DNA of 61,589 bases, filler included. It is 8 parts of 8 records of this genome, joined end to end, with 100 filler letters (N's around TTAATTAATTAA, not from the genome) between each part and the next. Parts side by side here need not be neighbours in the genome. Positions count along the whole stretch, not along the records: positions 30,493 to 41,346 come from DRR723986_28177; positions 41,447 to 49,846 come from DRR723986_28256; 6 more parts are not named here. One strand, given 5' to 3'. The notes beneath the pieces were generated by a model. The model saw only the letters and a list, made by a program, of their open reading frames with translations. It ran no database searches and had not been told where the DNA came from. The position numbers were made by a program, and so were the translations under genes. The stretch's first letter is position 1. Every line of letters begins with the position of its first letter. This document shows, piece after piece, positions 36,938 to 47,071 of the stretch.

Positions 36938-37203
36938 ATCGAACGAAACTGCAACCTGAGTGTTTAGAAATATTCGTTCGTGACAATGGCCACATGGAGA
37001 CCATCTACGACGAGCGGCTGAACGGACGTCGGCTCGGCGGAGTTCAGATCCAGCGAGCTTCTTTCGTGGAGCCTGATCAGTTCGGACACTGGTATGCTGA
37101 TCTCGGACCGGTTGGAGGTCCGAGATTCGGCCCATTCGAAAAGCGAAGCTCTGCGATCTGTGCTGAAGTTGATTGGTTGAAAACGGTCTACCTTCAAGAG
37201 TAG
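36934..37203 (+). CDS. Small conserved hypothetical protein
   Basis: ATGA overlap; IYDE.L....LG...IQRASFVEPD..G.WYADL.PVGGP..GPF.KRS.A..AEVDWL. Confidence 0.7.
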   Translation: MNRTKLQPECLEIFVRDNGHMETIYDERLNGRRLGGVQIQRASFVEPDQFGHWYADLGPVGGPRFGPFEKRSSAICAEVDWLKTVYLQE

Positions 37204-37207
37204 CTGA

Positions 37208-37254
37208 GGACGGGCAGGAGCGGCGGAGCAATCCGCCGCTCCGGCTTAACGTCC
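37208..37254 (+). terminator. Strong GNRA-capped hairpin closing the cassette
   Basis: GGAGCGGCGGA-gcaa-TCCGCCGCTCC (37217-37242) inside an outer GGACG/CGTCC stem; T7 about 10 nt later. Confidence 0.55.
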
Positions 37255-37841
37255 GCTGACATTCTTTTTTTAGCATTCAAGGCATCTACCGGCAGGCTCG
37301 TCTTTAAGAATGGCGACTACCGCAGCGGTACCACCAACGTGCTTGGTAAACAACTGTGTTACCTCAGGGGTTTTTAGGTGTTTCCACTCTTCTCATTTTC
37401 TGAGCATCGTTTTGACAATGAGTGGGTGCTCCGGAATAGCGTCACCAGATGGCTCTCTTCATTTGATGGAAGGTGAGATACATCCCTCAGATTGCGGGAG
37501 CTTCGCGTATCCAGTCTGGCCGACGACTTGATGAAGGCTGGAAGGTATGTTCCGGGCGGACTTCGGAAACTCTTGCCACAAGCAAGTGGCCGATGAAGCT
37601 CATTGTGAATTGCTCGAACGGATCGTTTGAGGGGAAGATGTTGTCGCTCGGTACTCAGGAAAAACTATATGTGACTCTCTATATGTCGAACACAGACAAC
37701 GGTGCACGGCCCGCCTGCGACTCCCACCGTACACATTTTGTTGCAGCACTCTTGGGTCGGGACATAGTGAAGCGGTCGGGAAGCCGTGTTCCACCATGTC
37801 TGCCACAACGTTACTAGGACTAAGTAATGTGGATGGCAGCG

Positions 37842-38846
37842 CTACGACTGTCGGGAAGGGTTCGTCGGCGAGTCGTGATGTTTGACAAGCCAAGTCCAAG
37901 CATCAGCAAGCGTTTCGGCTACCGGCCGCGTCGAATACGACAATTCGCGTTCTGCTTTCGCAGAGCTGTAGCAGTGGTGCAGACATCCCATCGTAAAAGA
38001 AATACTGTTCACATCACCTTCTTCACGTCGGAATACTTTGTTGAAACCGTCTATCAATGGTCCGATGCGATGTACACGCGGCGGAAGTCGCCATACGAGT
38101 TTTGAGCGACCCGCCACCCGAATCATTTGTCGCCAGAGCCGTGAATAGGACATGTTTTCGCCCGCTAAAATATAGTCCTCCCCTCTTCGCCCGACGTCTA
38201 ATGCGTTGATAACACCGGTTGCGACGTCGCGAGCGTCACAAACACTGCACGAGCCTGGCGGAGCTGTCACGAGCGGCGACCTCACGACTTCGATAAACAT
38301 CCGTCCGCTCGATGGCTTCCAGTCGTTTGGGCCGAGCATGAATCCGGGCCGAACGACTACAAGATTCAACGCTTTCCGCGAAGCAATATCTCGGAGCGCT
38401 TCTTCCGCTTCACGCTTGCTAATGACGTACGAGCCTTCAGGCATAGCGACCCCTCGTTTGTCCGTCTCATCGAGTGGTTCGTCTGGTTTGGCCGCGGCGT
38501 CGAGAACGTTGACGGTCGAAACGTGTACCATTCGAGCGCTGGAGCTGTGGCATTGCTCAGCAAGTATTCGTGTAGCAATGACATTGATTTCGCGGGATTC
38601 CTTGAGCTTGCTCTTGCCGAGGTGGATCATCGCAGCGCAGTTAATCACACCTGAGCAGCCATCGATGGCGAGGCGAACATCCGACTGGTTGGTCAGCTGG
38701 CCACTCACCACTTCAACTTCAACGTCAGCAAGAGTAGTCAGATCGGAAGAAGGCCGGCAAAAGACTCGCACTTCTCTGCCTTGACGAACTAGCTGTCGAA
38801 CAATCGTATTTCCAAGTAAGCCCGTGCTCCCCGTAACTAAAATCAC
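37842..38846 (-). CDS. NAD-dependent epimerase/dehydratase (extended SDR, HpnA/dihydroflavonol reductase-like)
   Basis: ILVTGSTGLLG, VINCAA, VHVST, YVISK, VVRPGFMLGP.D.KPSSG, DARDVA, YSSAKAEREL. Confidence 0.9.
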   Translation of the reverse strand: MILVTGSTGLLGNTIVRQLVRQGREVRVFCRPSSDLTTLADVEVEVVSGQLTNQSDVRLAIDGCSGVINCAAMIHLGKSKLKESREINVIATRILAEQCHSSSARMVHVSTVNVLDAAAKPDEPLDETDKRGVAMPEGSYVISKREAEEALRDIASRKALNLVVVRPGFMLGPNDWKPSSGRMFIEVVRSPLVTAPPGSCSVCDARDVATGVINALDVGRRGEDYILAGENMSYSRLWRQMIRVAGRSKLVWRLPPRVHRIGPLIDGFNKVFRREEGDVNSISFTMGCLHHCYSSAKAERELSYSTRPVAETLADAWTWLVKHHDSPTNPSRQS

Positions 38847-39578
38847 TATCGATTCCCCCAAACTATTCAATCAGAATTTCTGTTCGTGCTACTCCGTGCG
38901 GTAAGCACCCGTCGGGCTGTGCCTGCTGCGGTCGGCATGCCCCGTATGGAAGGCACCTCTCCGCCGACCTGTGCGTAGCCTGGCCGCTGACTCGCAGTGA
39001 CAGCCAAAGCTGTGCCGTAACCGTCGTTGGAGCGAAGAGAAACATGATAGAGCCTCGTCTCAATCGTGAGAGTTGGCCGAACGCCGAGCGGTAGGCTGAT
39101 CAGCTCGTGGGGATGCCCCCCTGCTGATCATGGGCAATTATGTGTTTGTTTGGCGAACGCCGAGCCCTGGACACCAGAGTGCGCGAGGTTGCCACTCTGC
39201 ACAACTAGGATCGCGGGCCCAGCGTTAACTTCAGCAGGGTGTGCTTGTTCGTCGAGCGAGTTGGCAGGCTCGCGTTCATCGTGATTGCCGCCGTTCCGCG
39301 TTTGATTTGCCAAAGTGGCGCCCCGCAACGGGCAGGCCGAGTTCACGGCATGGAAGTGAATCGAAGCAGAAAACTCCGACGATCTTCGCACAGCTTGGAA
39401 CGATGCAAGACCCAGATTTTTCGTGCGTCGCAGCAATCGGCCTACGAGTCGCTGCGTTGACTGAGTCCAATCCATGTTCTCTTTTCCCAATTGGCACGGC
39501 GGTTGCCTTCACGTAATCGGGAAAAAAATTCCTGAAGTGGGAATGCAAATCTTCGAATCTCAAAAGTGGACAGTAAGC

Positions 39579-40423
39579 ATGGCAATCCGACAATTCTGCT
39601 TAACATTTTGCGTCGGTGCTGGCCTCAGCCTTGGTGGCTCAGCCACACTAGGGCAAGGTCCCGGCATCGTCGATGGTGGAGGGGTAAACGACGGTGGCGG
39701 TGTGTTGGATCGCTTACCGGGTTCTGGCGTGATCGACGGCGTGGAGTGATTGACCACAACGACCAGCGAATCGGCGGCAACGCGACGGCAGCTGGCCGCG
39801 TCGATGCTCGAGCTGGCGTGGCAAATGCCGCGGCTCAAGCGAATGTCGCTGGCGACGCGCAACTCAGCAGCGGTTCGCAGCTTGGCAATGGCGTCGTGCA
39901 GGGCAAACTGAATTCCCAGCCGCGGGGACAACTCAACGGTCAACTGAAGGCTAACGGAATCAAACAGTTGAATTTCGAATCGAACACACAGGTGAACTTC
40001 GGAACGAACGCGCAGCTCAATGCAGGCGACAACGCCTTGAATGCTGGTGCTGAAGCTGGGACAAGTGGAACCACGCAATTGGATTCTGTCGTTGATGGAC
40101 GGCTCGACGCCGGAGCGTCGTCGCAATTGAACGCGGATGGCACGCAGGTCAACGCTGCTGGCAACGCCCGAGCGAGCGGTCGAGCATCGGCCGCGGGACG
40201 GAGTGTTTTGCGAGCAGCGAGTGCAGGCGCTGCGAATGCGCTGCCTCCAAGATCTAGCTACTACAATGGCGTTGCACCTAAGGCCTCAACTCCGATAGGA
40301 ACTGCCGTCAATCCGCCTATGGGGTCGCAGTTTGCTCCAACTCAGTACGATCCAGCGCACTGCTACCGTGCTGCTCCCCGAGTCGGCCCTGTTCGGCGAA
40401 TACTCTCGCGATTCGGGCGATAG
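39579..40423 (+). pseudogene. Secreted Gly/Ala/Asn-rich low-complexity protein split by a frameshift near 39740
   Basis: MAIRQFCLTFCVGAGLSLGGSATLG signal peptide in one frame (stop 39749); GVIDHNDQRIGGNATAAG... continues in another frame to 40423. Confidence 0.55.
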
Positions 40424-40866
40424 CGCCGCATACCATCTAGTTGCAATCACGAAAGTGAAAACGAGAACATGAGCAGTAGGAGGTGTGCAGTTTGTCTGCG
40501 ACGCCCCGTTTTCATACGCGAACAAAGAGGGTTTGCGTACTACAAAGCCAGGAAGAAATGGCGCCGCCACGAGGCAAGGAAGGAAGCGGGTCGAACGATG
40601 GATTGGCTCTTATTGGGGTGCTGCGTTCGGCAACCAAGCGGAGTATCTTAGAATCGTCTACAGCTAGTTGCGCGGACGCTAAGCGTGCCAAATCCCAGGA
40701 ACCGCGAACGAAGCGAAAAAACGCGACACCTCGTCTCGAACCGCTCCAGACTGATTGACATTCTGCCCGACCGTTCGATCTGCTGCCGTTTGGCGCACGA
40801 AATGCTCAAGGTAGTTTACTTGCCGCCTGACACCCACCCAAACCCATTCCTGCTAAAGGCCGTCTC

Positions 40867-41346
40867 ATGACTGCGGTACTGCTAATCGATGACGATAGGA
40901 GTGTTTGCCACACCATCTCACGGGGCCTCGAGAACGCCCCATCGATCGAAGTATTCTCCGTCACCGACGGCGAAGCTGCTCTCCGGGTGCTGAACGACAA
41001 AGCGCCCAGTGTCTGCTTACTAGACGTTTACTTGGGAGATGAAAACGGGCTAGAGTTGTTTAACAAGATCCGTGCGATCGACGGCAAAATTCCGGTCATC
41101 TTCATCACGTCGGACACATCCAGCCAGACAGCCATCCAAGCAATGCATGCCGGGGCCTACGACTATTTGGCGAAGCCGATCGACGTTGGGCAGCTGCGTC
41201 AATTGACTCGAAGCGCGATCCGAGCCCGAGAGATGATGGATCAGCCGGTTGCCCTGAAAGTTGGAGCCTCAGTCGACACGGGTGGGTTTGTCGGTCGTTC
41301 GAAAGCAATGATCGAAGTCTACAAGCAGATTGGGCGCGTCGCGGCT
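40867..41346 (+). CDS. Sigma-54-dependent (NtrC-family) response regulator, 3'-truncated
   Basis: VLLIDDD, LLDVYL, PVIFIT, GAYDYLAKP, FVGRSKAMIEVYKQIGRVA. Confidence 0.9.
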
Positions 41347-41446
41347 NNNNNNNNNNNNNNNNNNNNNNNNNNNNNNNNNNNNNNNNNNNNTTAATTAATT
41401 AANNNNNNNNNNNNNNNNNNNNNNNNNNNNNNNNNNNNNNNNNNNN
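41347..41446. other. Artificial contig linker
   Basis: N44-TTAATTAATTAA-N44. Confidence 0.99.
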
Positions 41447-42487
41447 CGCCGCATCGACAACCAGCTGCGCGGCCGGTCCGGCCGTCAGGGCGACCCTGGC
41501 CGGTCCAGCTTCTTCCTGTCGCTGGAAGACGACCTGATGCGCATTTTCGGGTCCGAACGTCTGGACAAGATGTTGTCCACGCTCGGTCTTCAGGAAGGCG
41601 AGGCGATTGTCCATCCTTGGGTGAACAAGTCGCTGGAACGGGCACAAGCCAAGGTCGAGGGGCGCAACTTCGACATTCGTAAACAGCTGCTTAAATTCGA
41701 CGATGTGATGAACGACCAGCGGAAGGCCATCTTTGGTCAGCGTCTGGAAATCATGGCCGCCGAAGATATCAACGAAATCACCCGCGACATGCGTCATCAG
41801 GTGATCGACGACATCATCGAACAATACATGCCGCCGCGGTCCTATGCCGATCAGTGGGATACCGACGGTCTGCACGAAGCGATCAAGAAGGCCATGGCGC
41901 TGGATCTGCCAGTGCAGGCCTGGGCCGATGAGGAAGGCGTCGATGATGATGTGATGCGCGAACGTATCGCGCAGGCCTCGGACGAACAAATGGCCAAGAA
42001 GGCCGTGGATTTCGGCCCGGAGAACATGCGTCAGATCGAAAAGCAGCTGTTGTTGCAGACCATCGACGCCAAGTGGCGCGAACATCTGCTGACGCTGGAA
42101 CATCTGCGGTCGGTCGTTGGCTTCCGGGGCTATGCGCAACGCGATCCGCTGAATGAGTACAAGACCGAAGGCTTCCAGCTGTTCGAGATGATGCTGGATG
42201 GTCTGCGCGCCGATGTGACCGAAAAACTCAGCCGCATTCAGCCGCTGACACCGGAACAGCAGCAGGAAATCATGCGCCAAATGCAGGAGCGTCAGGCCGC
42301 GACCCAGGCCGCTGCTCTTGGGGCAGCGGATGCGGCCTCTGCCGCTGCTGCGGGCCCCGACCCGGACTCGAACGCCGCGCCCGGTTTCGACGAAAACAAC
42401 CCCGATACCTGGGGTAATCCCGGCCGAAACGATCCCTGCCCCTGTGGGTCCGGCAAGAAGTTCAAGCACTGCCACGGTCGTCTGTGA
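41447..42487 (+). CDS. secA: Preprotein translocase SecA, C-terminal part
   Basis: [67 protein letters not shown]. Confidence 0.97.
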   Translation, partial: RRIDNQLRGRSGRQGDPGRSSFFLSLEDDLMRIFGSERLDKMLSTLGLQEGEAIVHPWVNKSLERAQAKVEGRNFDIRKQLLKFDDVMNDQRKAIFGQRLEIMAAEDINEITRDMRHQVIDDIIEQYMPPRSYADQWDTDGLHEAIKKAMALDLPVQAWADEEGVDDDVMRERIAQASDEQMAKKAVDFGPENMRQIEKQLLLQTIDAKWREHLLTLEHLRSVVGFRGYAQRDPLNEYKTEGFQLFEMMLDGLRADVTEKLSRIQPLTPEQQQEIMRQMQERQAATQAAALGAADAASAAAAGPDPDSNAAPGFDENNPDTWGNPGRNDPCPCGSGKKFKHCHGRL

Positions 42488-42523
42488 CCGGGGCAGACAC
42501 AGGCGGCGTCCGGGCAGGCTGAC

Positions 42524-43342
42524 ATGACCAGGCTGCTCGAACGGACCCGTGGCAACCTGACCTTTCTGTCGGTCCACCCGGTTCTGGACCAGATGGCGCG
42601 CGACATGCTTGGCGGCTTGCCTGATTCCGCCTGCGACGGGCCCCCGACCACCGTCTACTGCGGTGTGCATCAGGATTTCGGTGATGCGTGGTCCCGTTCC
42701 GGTTTCCGCATCGCGATTCAGACCGAACAGCTATTCGACACGGGCGGCACCGCGCTATGGCCGTCTCGAAAACGGTCGAACCTGCAACGTATCCTGAAGG
42801 CTGTGCGCCGCTCGCACCGCGTGCTGGACCTGTCGGCCTGCAATGCCACCTTCTATGATACCGAACTTGGCCTGCCCAAAAACCGCCAGAAGCTGAGCTT
42901 CGGGCCGCATATCTTCCCGGCCACTCCGCTGCCCTACACCCCACCCACTCGGGACGAGGTTCTGTTTTTCGGCTGGACAGGCGGCAAGCGGCGCAAGCGG
43001 GTGCTTCAGGACACGGACCAATTCACGGTGACGATTGTCGAGGACGGGACGTTCTATGAGGCACTCGACCAGATGATCCGTGCCCATGGTGCCGTGCTGA
43101 ATATCCATTTCGAGGATGGGATCTACACCGAAGCCCCCAGGCTTCTCAGCGCCTATGTCTGTGGCAAGCCGGTGATCTCGGAACGACTTGATCCGGGGTT
43201 CGAGGCGGGGCGGCATTATCACCTGCTCGGCTCTGACGCAGCGTTCGATCCGCAAGCGGTGTTTGACGCCTTTTCTGCCCATGTCACCGGCCAGTTCAGC
43301 TTTGCCCGATATTTACAAAGCCTTGGCGACCGGGCGGTTTGA
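42524..43342 (+). CDS. Hypothetical protein with glycosyltransferase (GT-B)-like C-terminal motifs
   Basis: EVLFFG....RR, VLNIHF...YTE.PRL..A...GKPVISE, Y.LL. Confidence 0.55.
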   Translation: MTRLLERTRGNLTFLSVHPVLDQMARDMLGGLPDSACDGPPTTVYCGVHQDFGDAWSRSGFRIAIQTEQLFDTGGTALWPSRKRSNLQRILKAVRRSHRVLDLSACNATFYDTELGLPKNRQKLSFGPHIFPATPLPYTPPTRDEVLFFGWTGGKRRKRVLQDTDQFTVTIVEDGTFYEALDQMIRAHGAVLNIHFEDGIYTEAPRLLSAYVCGKPVISERLDPGFEAGRHYHLLGSDAAFDPQAVFDAFSAHVTGQFSFARYLQSLGDRAV

Positions 43343-43423
43343 TTCCCCCGCAATACCCTCGCATCTCCGCAATATCGCCCCAATTGAGCGGGATTGTTTC
43401 CGGGAAGAGACCCGGAGACTGTT

Positions 43424-44470
43424 ATGAATATTTCGCCGCGTATTATTGCCATTGCGACCATCGGATTGGGTGCGCTTACCTTCGGTGCCCTGATGTCCGA
43501 GGCGCGATCCTCCAACATTCGCCCTCTCAACCTCTCGACCATGAGGGCGCTGATCGAAAGTGATGTGGCAGAAGCACCGCAGGACGTCGCGGCCCCGCAA
43601 GAAACCGTCTTCATGTCTTCAAGCACCGGATCATCGGTGGCCGTGACCCTGAGTGAACCGGTCTCAGCAAGCATGATCTTGCCGGCCGATGCCCCCGAAG
43701 CCCCTGCCTTGCCGCAGCCGGGCCGCCTGGCGCAAGCGACAGGGGCCACGACGACGATGACCGACCAGCCGCTCAGCCCCTTTGGCTTGCCGTGCGGCCT
43801 GTCTGTCAGCACCGCTGCCAGTGAAGGCGCGATGGTGGCGCTGGATATCATGGACCCCTGCCAGCCCCATTCGCGGGTGGTCATCGAACATTCCGGCCTG
43901 AACCTGACCGGGCGCACCGATGTGATGGGCCTTTTGACGATGGATGTGCCGGTCTTCGAAAACCCTGCCTTCTTCACGGTACGGATGCCAGATGGTGCCA
44001 GCGAATCCTCCCTCGCGGTCGTGCCGGATCTGGACGCCTATTACCGGGTGGGCCTGCAATGGAACGAGAACCGGTCATTGGAACTGCACGCGATGGAGTT
44101 CGGTGCGACCTATGGCGATCCCGGCCATATCTGGCTGGATCATGCGGGAAATGTGGACCGTGCCGTAGCGGGCGAAGGTGGCTTCGTCATGCAAGTCGGC
44201 AATGCCAATGTCGACAACCCGATGCTGGCGCAGATCTATTCCTTCCCGCGTGACACTTTGGGGGACAGCGGCAATGTGCGCCTGTCCATTGAGGCCCCGG
44301 TGACAGAGGCGAATTGCGGTCAGGACACGCTGGCCCGTACGCTGGAGCTGGAGGAAGACGGGCGCGTTTCCGTCATCGAACTGACCTTCACCCTGCCGGG
44401 CTGTGACGCTGTGGGCGACTATCTGGTGTTGCAAAATCTGCTGCATGACCTGAGAGTCGCATCAAACTGA
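43424..44470 (+). CDS. Conserved Rhodobacteraceae exported hypothetical protein
   Basis: N-terminal TM/signal, low-complexity linker, SPFGLPC...GAMV.L...PC, VGLQW, LELHAMEFGA.YGDPGHIW, LPGCDAVGDYLVLQN. Confidence 0.75.
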   Translation: MNISPRIIAIATIGLGALTFGALMSEARSSNIRPLNLSTMRALIESDVAEAPQDVAAPQETVFMSSSTGSSVAVTLSEPVSASMILPADAPEAPALPQPGRLAQATGATTTMTDQPLSPFGLPCGLSVSTAASEGAMVALDIMDPCQPHSRVVIEHSGLNLTGRTDVMGLLTMDVPVFENPAFFTVRMPDGASESSLAVVPDLDAYYRVGLQWNENRSLELHAMEFGATYGDPGHIWLDHAGNVDRAVAGEGGFVMQVGNANVDNPMLAQIYSFPRDTLGDSGNVRLSIEAPVTEANCGQDTLARTLELEEDGRVSVIELTFTLPGCDAVGDYLVLQNLLHDLRVASN

Positions 44471-44490
44471 TCTCACCGGCACCACGCTTC

Positions 44491-46053
44491 ATGATTGTTC
44501 ATGTCAGGGCGGCCGTTATGGCCGCTCTTTCCATTTTGATGACGACCTGCTTCGCCTCCGCACAGGATGTGGAGCTTCGCTCGCTTGATGGGTCGGTGGA
44601 ACTGTCGGGCACGATCATTGGCTTCGACGGAGAATACTACCGGATCGATTCGATCTTCGGGCCGCTGACGGTCAACGCACAGGGCGTAACCTGCCGCGGC
44701 CCAGGCTGCCCAGATCTGCAAAATTACGTGGCCGAGATACGGTTCATGGGCACGCCGGTGATCGCAGAACAGTTGTTCCCGGCCCTGATTGAACGTTTCG
44801 CCGATGCGCGCGGATTATCCGTGCGGCGGCAGATCCTTGCTGAAAACCGCTCGCTTTTCGCACTGGTCCGGGGAGAGGACGAAACCCTTGCCGCCCGGTT
44901 CTACGTCACAGCCACGACCACAGATGCCGGGTTTCAGGCTCTTCTGGACCGCGATACCGACGTCGCGCTGGCGCTGCGCCAACCGGATGCAGCCGAGGCG
45001 ACTGCCGCAGAGGCTGCCGACCAGGGGGATCTGTCGATGGTGGCCCGCAGCCGGGTGTTGGCGCTTGATGCTTTGGTGCCGCTGGTTGCACCGACCAATT
45101 CCGTGGACGCCCTGTCGCTGGAGGATCTGGCCCATGTCTTCGCGGGCACCATTACCACTTGGCAGGATCTTGGCGGACCAGACGCGCCGATTGCGCTTCA
45201 CCTGATGGACCCTGACAGCGGTCATGCCCAGGATGTCGCGGCGCGCGTTCTGGGGCCCTTCGATCTGCAAGCCAGCCTGTCCGTGACCTACCATATGGAC
45301 GCCACCGATCTGGCCGATGCCGTCGCGCGCGACCCCTATGCCATCGGAATTGGCAGATACTCCCGCCCGGGAAATGCCCGCATGGTGCCCCTGCGCGGAG
45401 CCTGCGGATTCGTGCAGCGCGCCACGGCCAGCAGCCTGAAATCCGAGGACTACCCGCTGACTGCGCCCTTGCTTATGTATCTGCCCGTGCGGCGAATGCC
45501 CCAGCTCGTGCGGGACTTCATGCGCTTCTTCGAAAGCGCCGAGGCTGACCGGGTGATCCGCCGTCTGGGGTTCGTCAACCAAGGCATCACCCTGCAACCG
45601 CTGGCCACACAGGGCGACAGGCTGGCAAATGCCGTTGCCGCGGCCGGGGAAGAGATTACGTTGGACGACCTACAGGGTCTTGTCGCCGCCATGACCGGGG
45701 CCGAACGCCTGTCGACCACCCTTCGGTTCGAGGAAGGTACGACCGAGCTTGATCCGCAATCGCTTTCTGCCGTGTCGCGCCTTGCGCGGGCCATCGAACG
45801 GGGCGCATTCGACGGACGGGAAATCGTCTTTGTGGGCTTCTCCGATGGACAGGGCGCTGCGACGGCCAATCTGCGCCTGTCGCGTGGCCGGGCAGAAGCG
45901 GTGCGCCTGGCCGTCATTGCCGCCGCAGAAGAGGGCGACCTGAACCGTGTCAGCCTGCGCGTGGCCGGTTTCGGCGAAGCGCTGCCCATGGCCTGCGACG
46001 ACACCGAAGCAGGGCGCGCCGTCAACCGGCGTGTCGAGGTTTGGCTGCGCTAA
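44491..46053 (+). CDS. PstS-like periplasmic binding domain + OmpA-family protein
   Basis: Signal peptide; VLALDALV.LV.P.N, IFAG-like WQDLGG.DAPI, EDYPLT.PL.MY; VGFSDGQG...NLRLS.GRA...GFGE..P.ACD...GRAVNRRVEV. Confidence 0.85.
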   Translation: MIVHVRAAVMAALSILMTTCFASAQDVELRSLDGSVELSGTIIGFDGEYYRIDSIFGPLTVNAQGVTCRGPGCPDLQNYVAEIRFMGTPVIAEQLFPALIERFADARGLSVRRQILAENRSLFALVRGEDETLAARFYVTATTTDAGFQALLDRDTDVALALRQPDAAEATAAEAADQGDLSMVARSRVLALDALVPLVAPTNSVDALSLEDLAHVFAGTITTWQDLGGPDAPIALHLMDPDSGHAQDVAARVLGPFDLQASLSVTYHMDATDLADAVARDPYAIGIGRYSRPGNARMVPLRGACGFVQRATASSLKSEDYPLTAPLLMYLPVRRMPQLVRDFMRFFESAEADRVIRRLGFVNQGITLQPLATQGDRLANAVAAAGEEITLDDLQGLVAAMTGAERLSTTLRFEEGTTELDPQSLSAVSRLARAIERGAFDGREIVFVGFSDGQGAATANLRLSRGRAEAVRLAVIAAAEEGDLNRVSLRVAGFGEALPMACDDTEAGRAVNRRVEVWLR

Positions 46054-46056
46054 ACC

Positions 46057-46917
46057 CTATTGCGCGGCAATCCCCTGCTGCTGCAAAACCTGACGCGGGG
46101 GCCTGCCGAACCGACGAGAAAACTCTCGGCTGAACTGTGCGGGGCTTTCATAGCCAACAGCAAAGCCGATCTCTGTCACCGATTGCGCGCCGTGTTCCAG
46201 CAAGCGCAACGCCTCGGACAGGCGCACATCCTTCTGGAACTGCAAAGGCGTGGTTCCGGTCAGGGCCTTGAAGTGCTGATGAAAGGCCGATTGTCCCATC
46301 CCGGCCTCTCTCGCCAGATCGGCCAGACGCAGGGGCCGCGCGTGATCGCGCCGGATCAGCGACGCGATGCGGGCGATCCGGCTTTCCTGACTTGTGGGCG
46401 ACAGCAACCGGCGCAACATGCCGCCCGCCGGGGACATCAGCAGCCGGTAATGCAGTTCAGTGAGCAGAAGGGGCGTCAGAACCCGATCATCGGTTGTGCC
46501 GGTTTCCAGCGCAAGCAGCCGAGAGAGCGTCTGCAACAGGGCCGTATCCGCCACCGTTGCGCACATGACATCGGGCGGTTCGCGGGCAGGGTTTTCCGTC
46601 AGACTGTCCGAAAGGGACCGAATACGGGCCAGGTCAATCGGCAGGATCAGCGCCAGATACGGCACTTCGGTGATCCGGGCGGTGATCGGGGTGTCATGCG
46701 AAACGACCAACATGTCCCCTTTTGCAAGGCGAACCGTGCCCTTGTGACTTGTCGTTTCCTTTGCCCCCTGAAGGATCAGACAAAGGACGGGGTCATAGAC
46801 GCTTGCCTCTATCAGCCTTGTTTCAGACTCCATCAGCGCGAAAATACTTGCAGGAAATCCTACTGAATTTCGCTCAATCAGTCTCTGAATATGGGAAATA
46901 GAGCCTTCGTTTATCAT
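46057..46917 (-). CDS. AraC-family transcriptional regulator (AraC_N/YqhC-like)
   Basis: YDPVLCLILQGAK, ELHYRLL, LAREAGM..SAFHQHFK.LTGTTPLQFQK.VRL, VGYESPAQFSREFSR.FG. Confidence 0.92.
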   Translation of the reverse strand: MINEGSISHIQRLIERNSVGFPASIFALMESETRLIEASVYDPVLCLILQGAKETTSHKGTVRLAKGDMLVVSHDTPITARITEVPYLALILPIDLARIRSLSDSLTENPAREPPDVMCATVADTALLQTLSRLLALETGTTDDRVLTPLLLTELHYRLLMSPAGGMLRRLLSPTSQESRIARIASLIRRDHARPLRLADLAREAGMGQSAFHQHFKALTGTTPLQFQKDVRLSEALRLLEHGAQSVTEIGFAVGYESPAQFSREFSRRFGRPPRQVLQQQGIAAQ

Positions 46918-47071
46918 GGTTCCTCCTCCTGATCCTGACTATGGCAGAGATTTCAGCAAAGAGGGATTGATTTTCCATCTTGTGCAGGATCGGACAAGTT
47001 GTTCGCAGCATCGGACAAGCGACACTCTCTGGCAGAGCTTAGGATCGGGTCATCACCAGAGGAGACCTGAC

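Noticed and set aside
37260-37840. Short ORFs after the AAA cassette, and others in 31128-31800, 38870-39570 and 40430-40860
   Set aside because: No convincing RBS, motifs or consistent frame; probably island debris that I cannot assign by eye.
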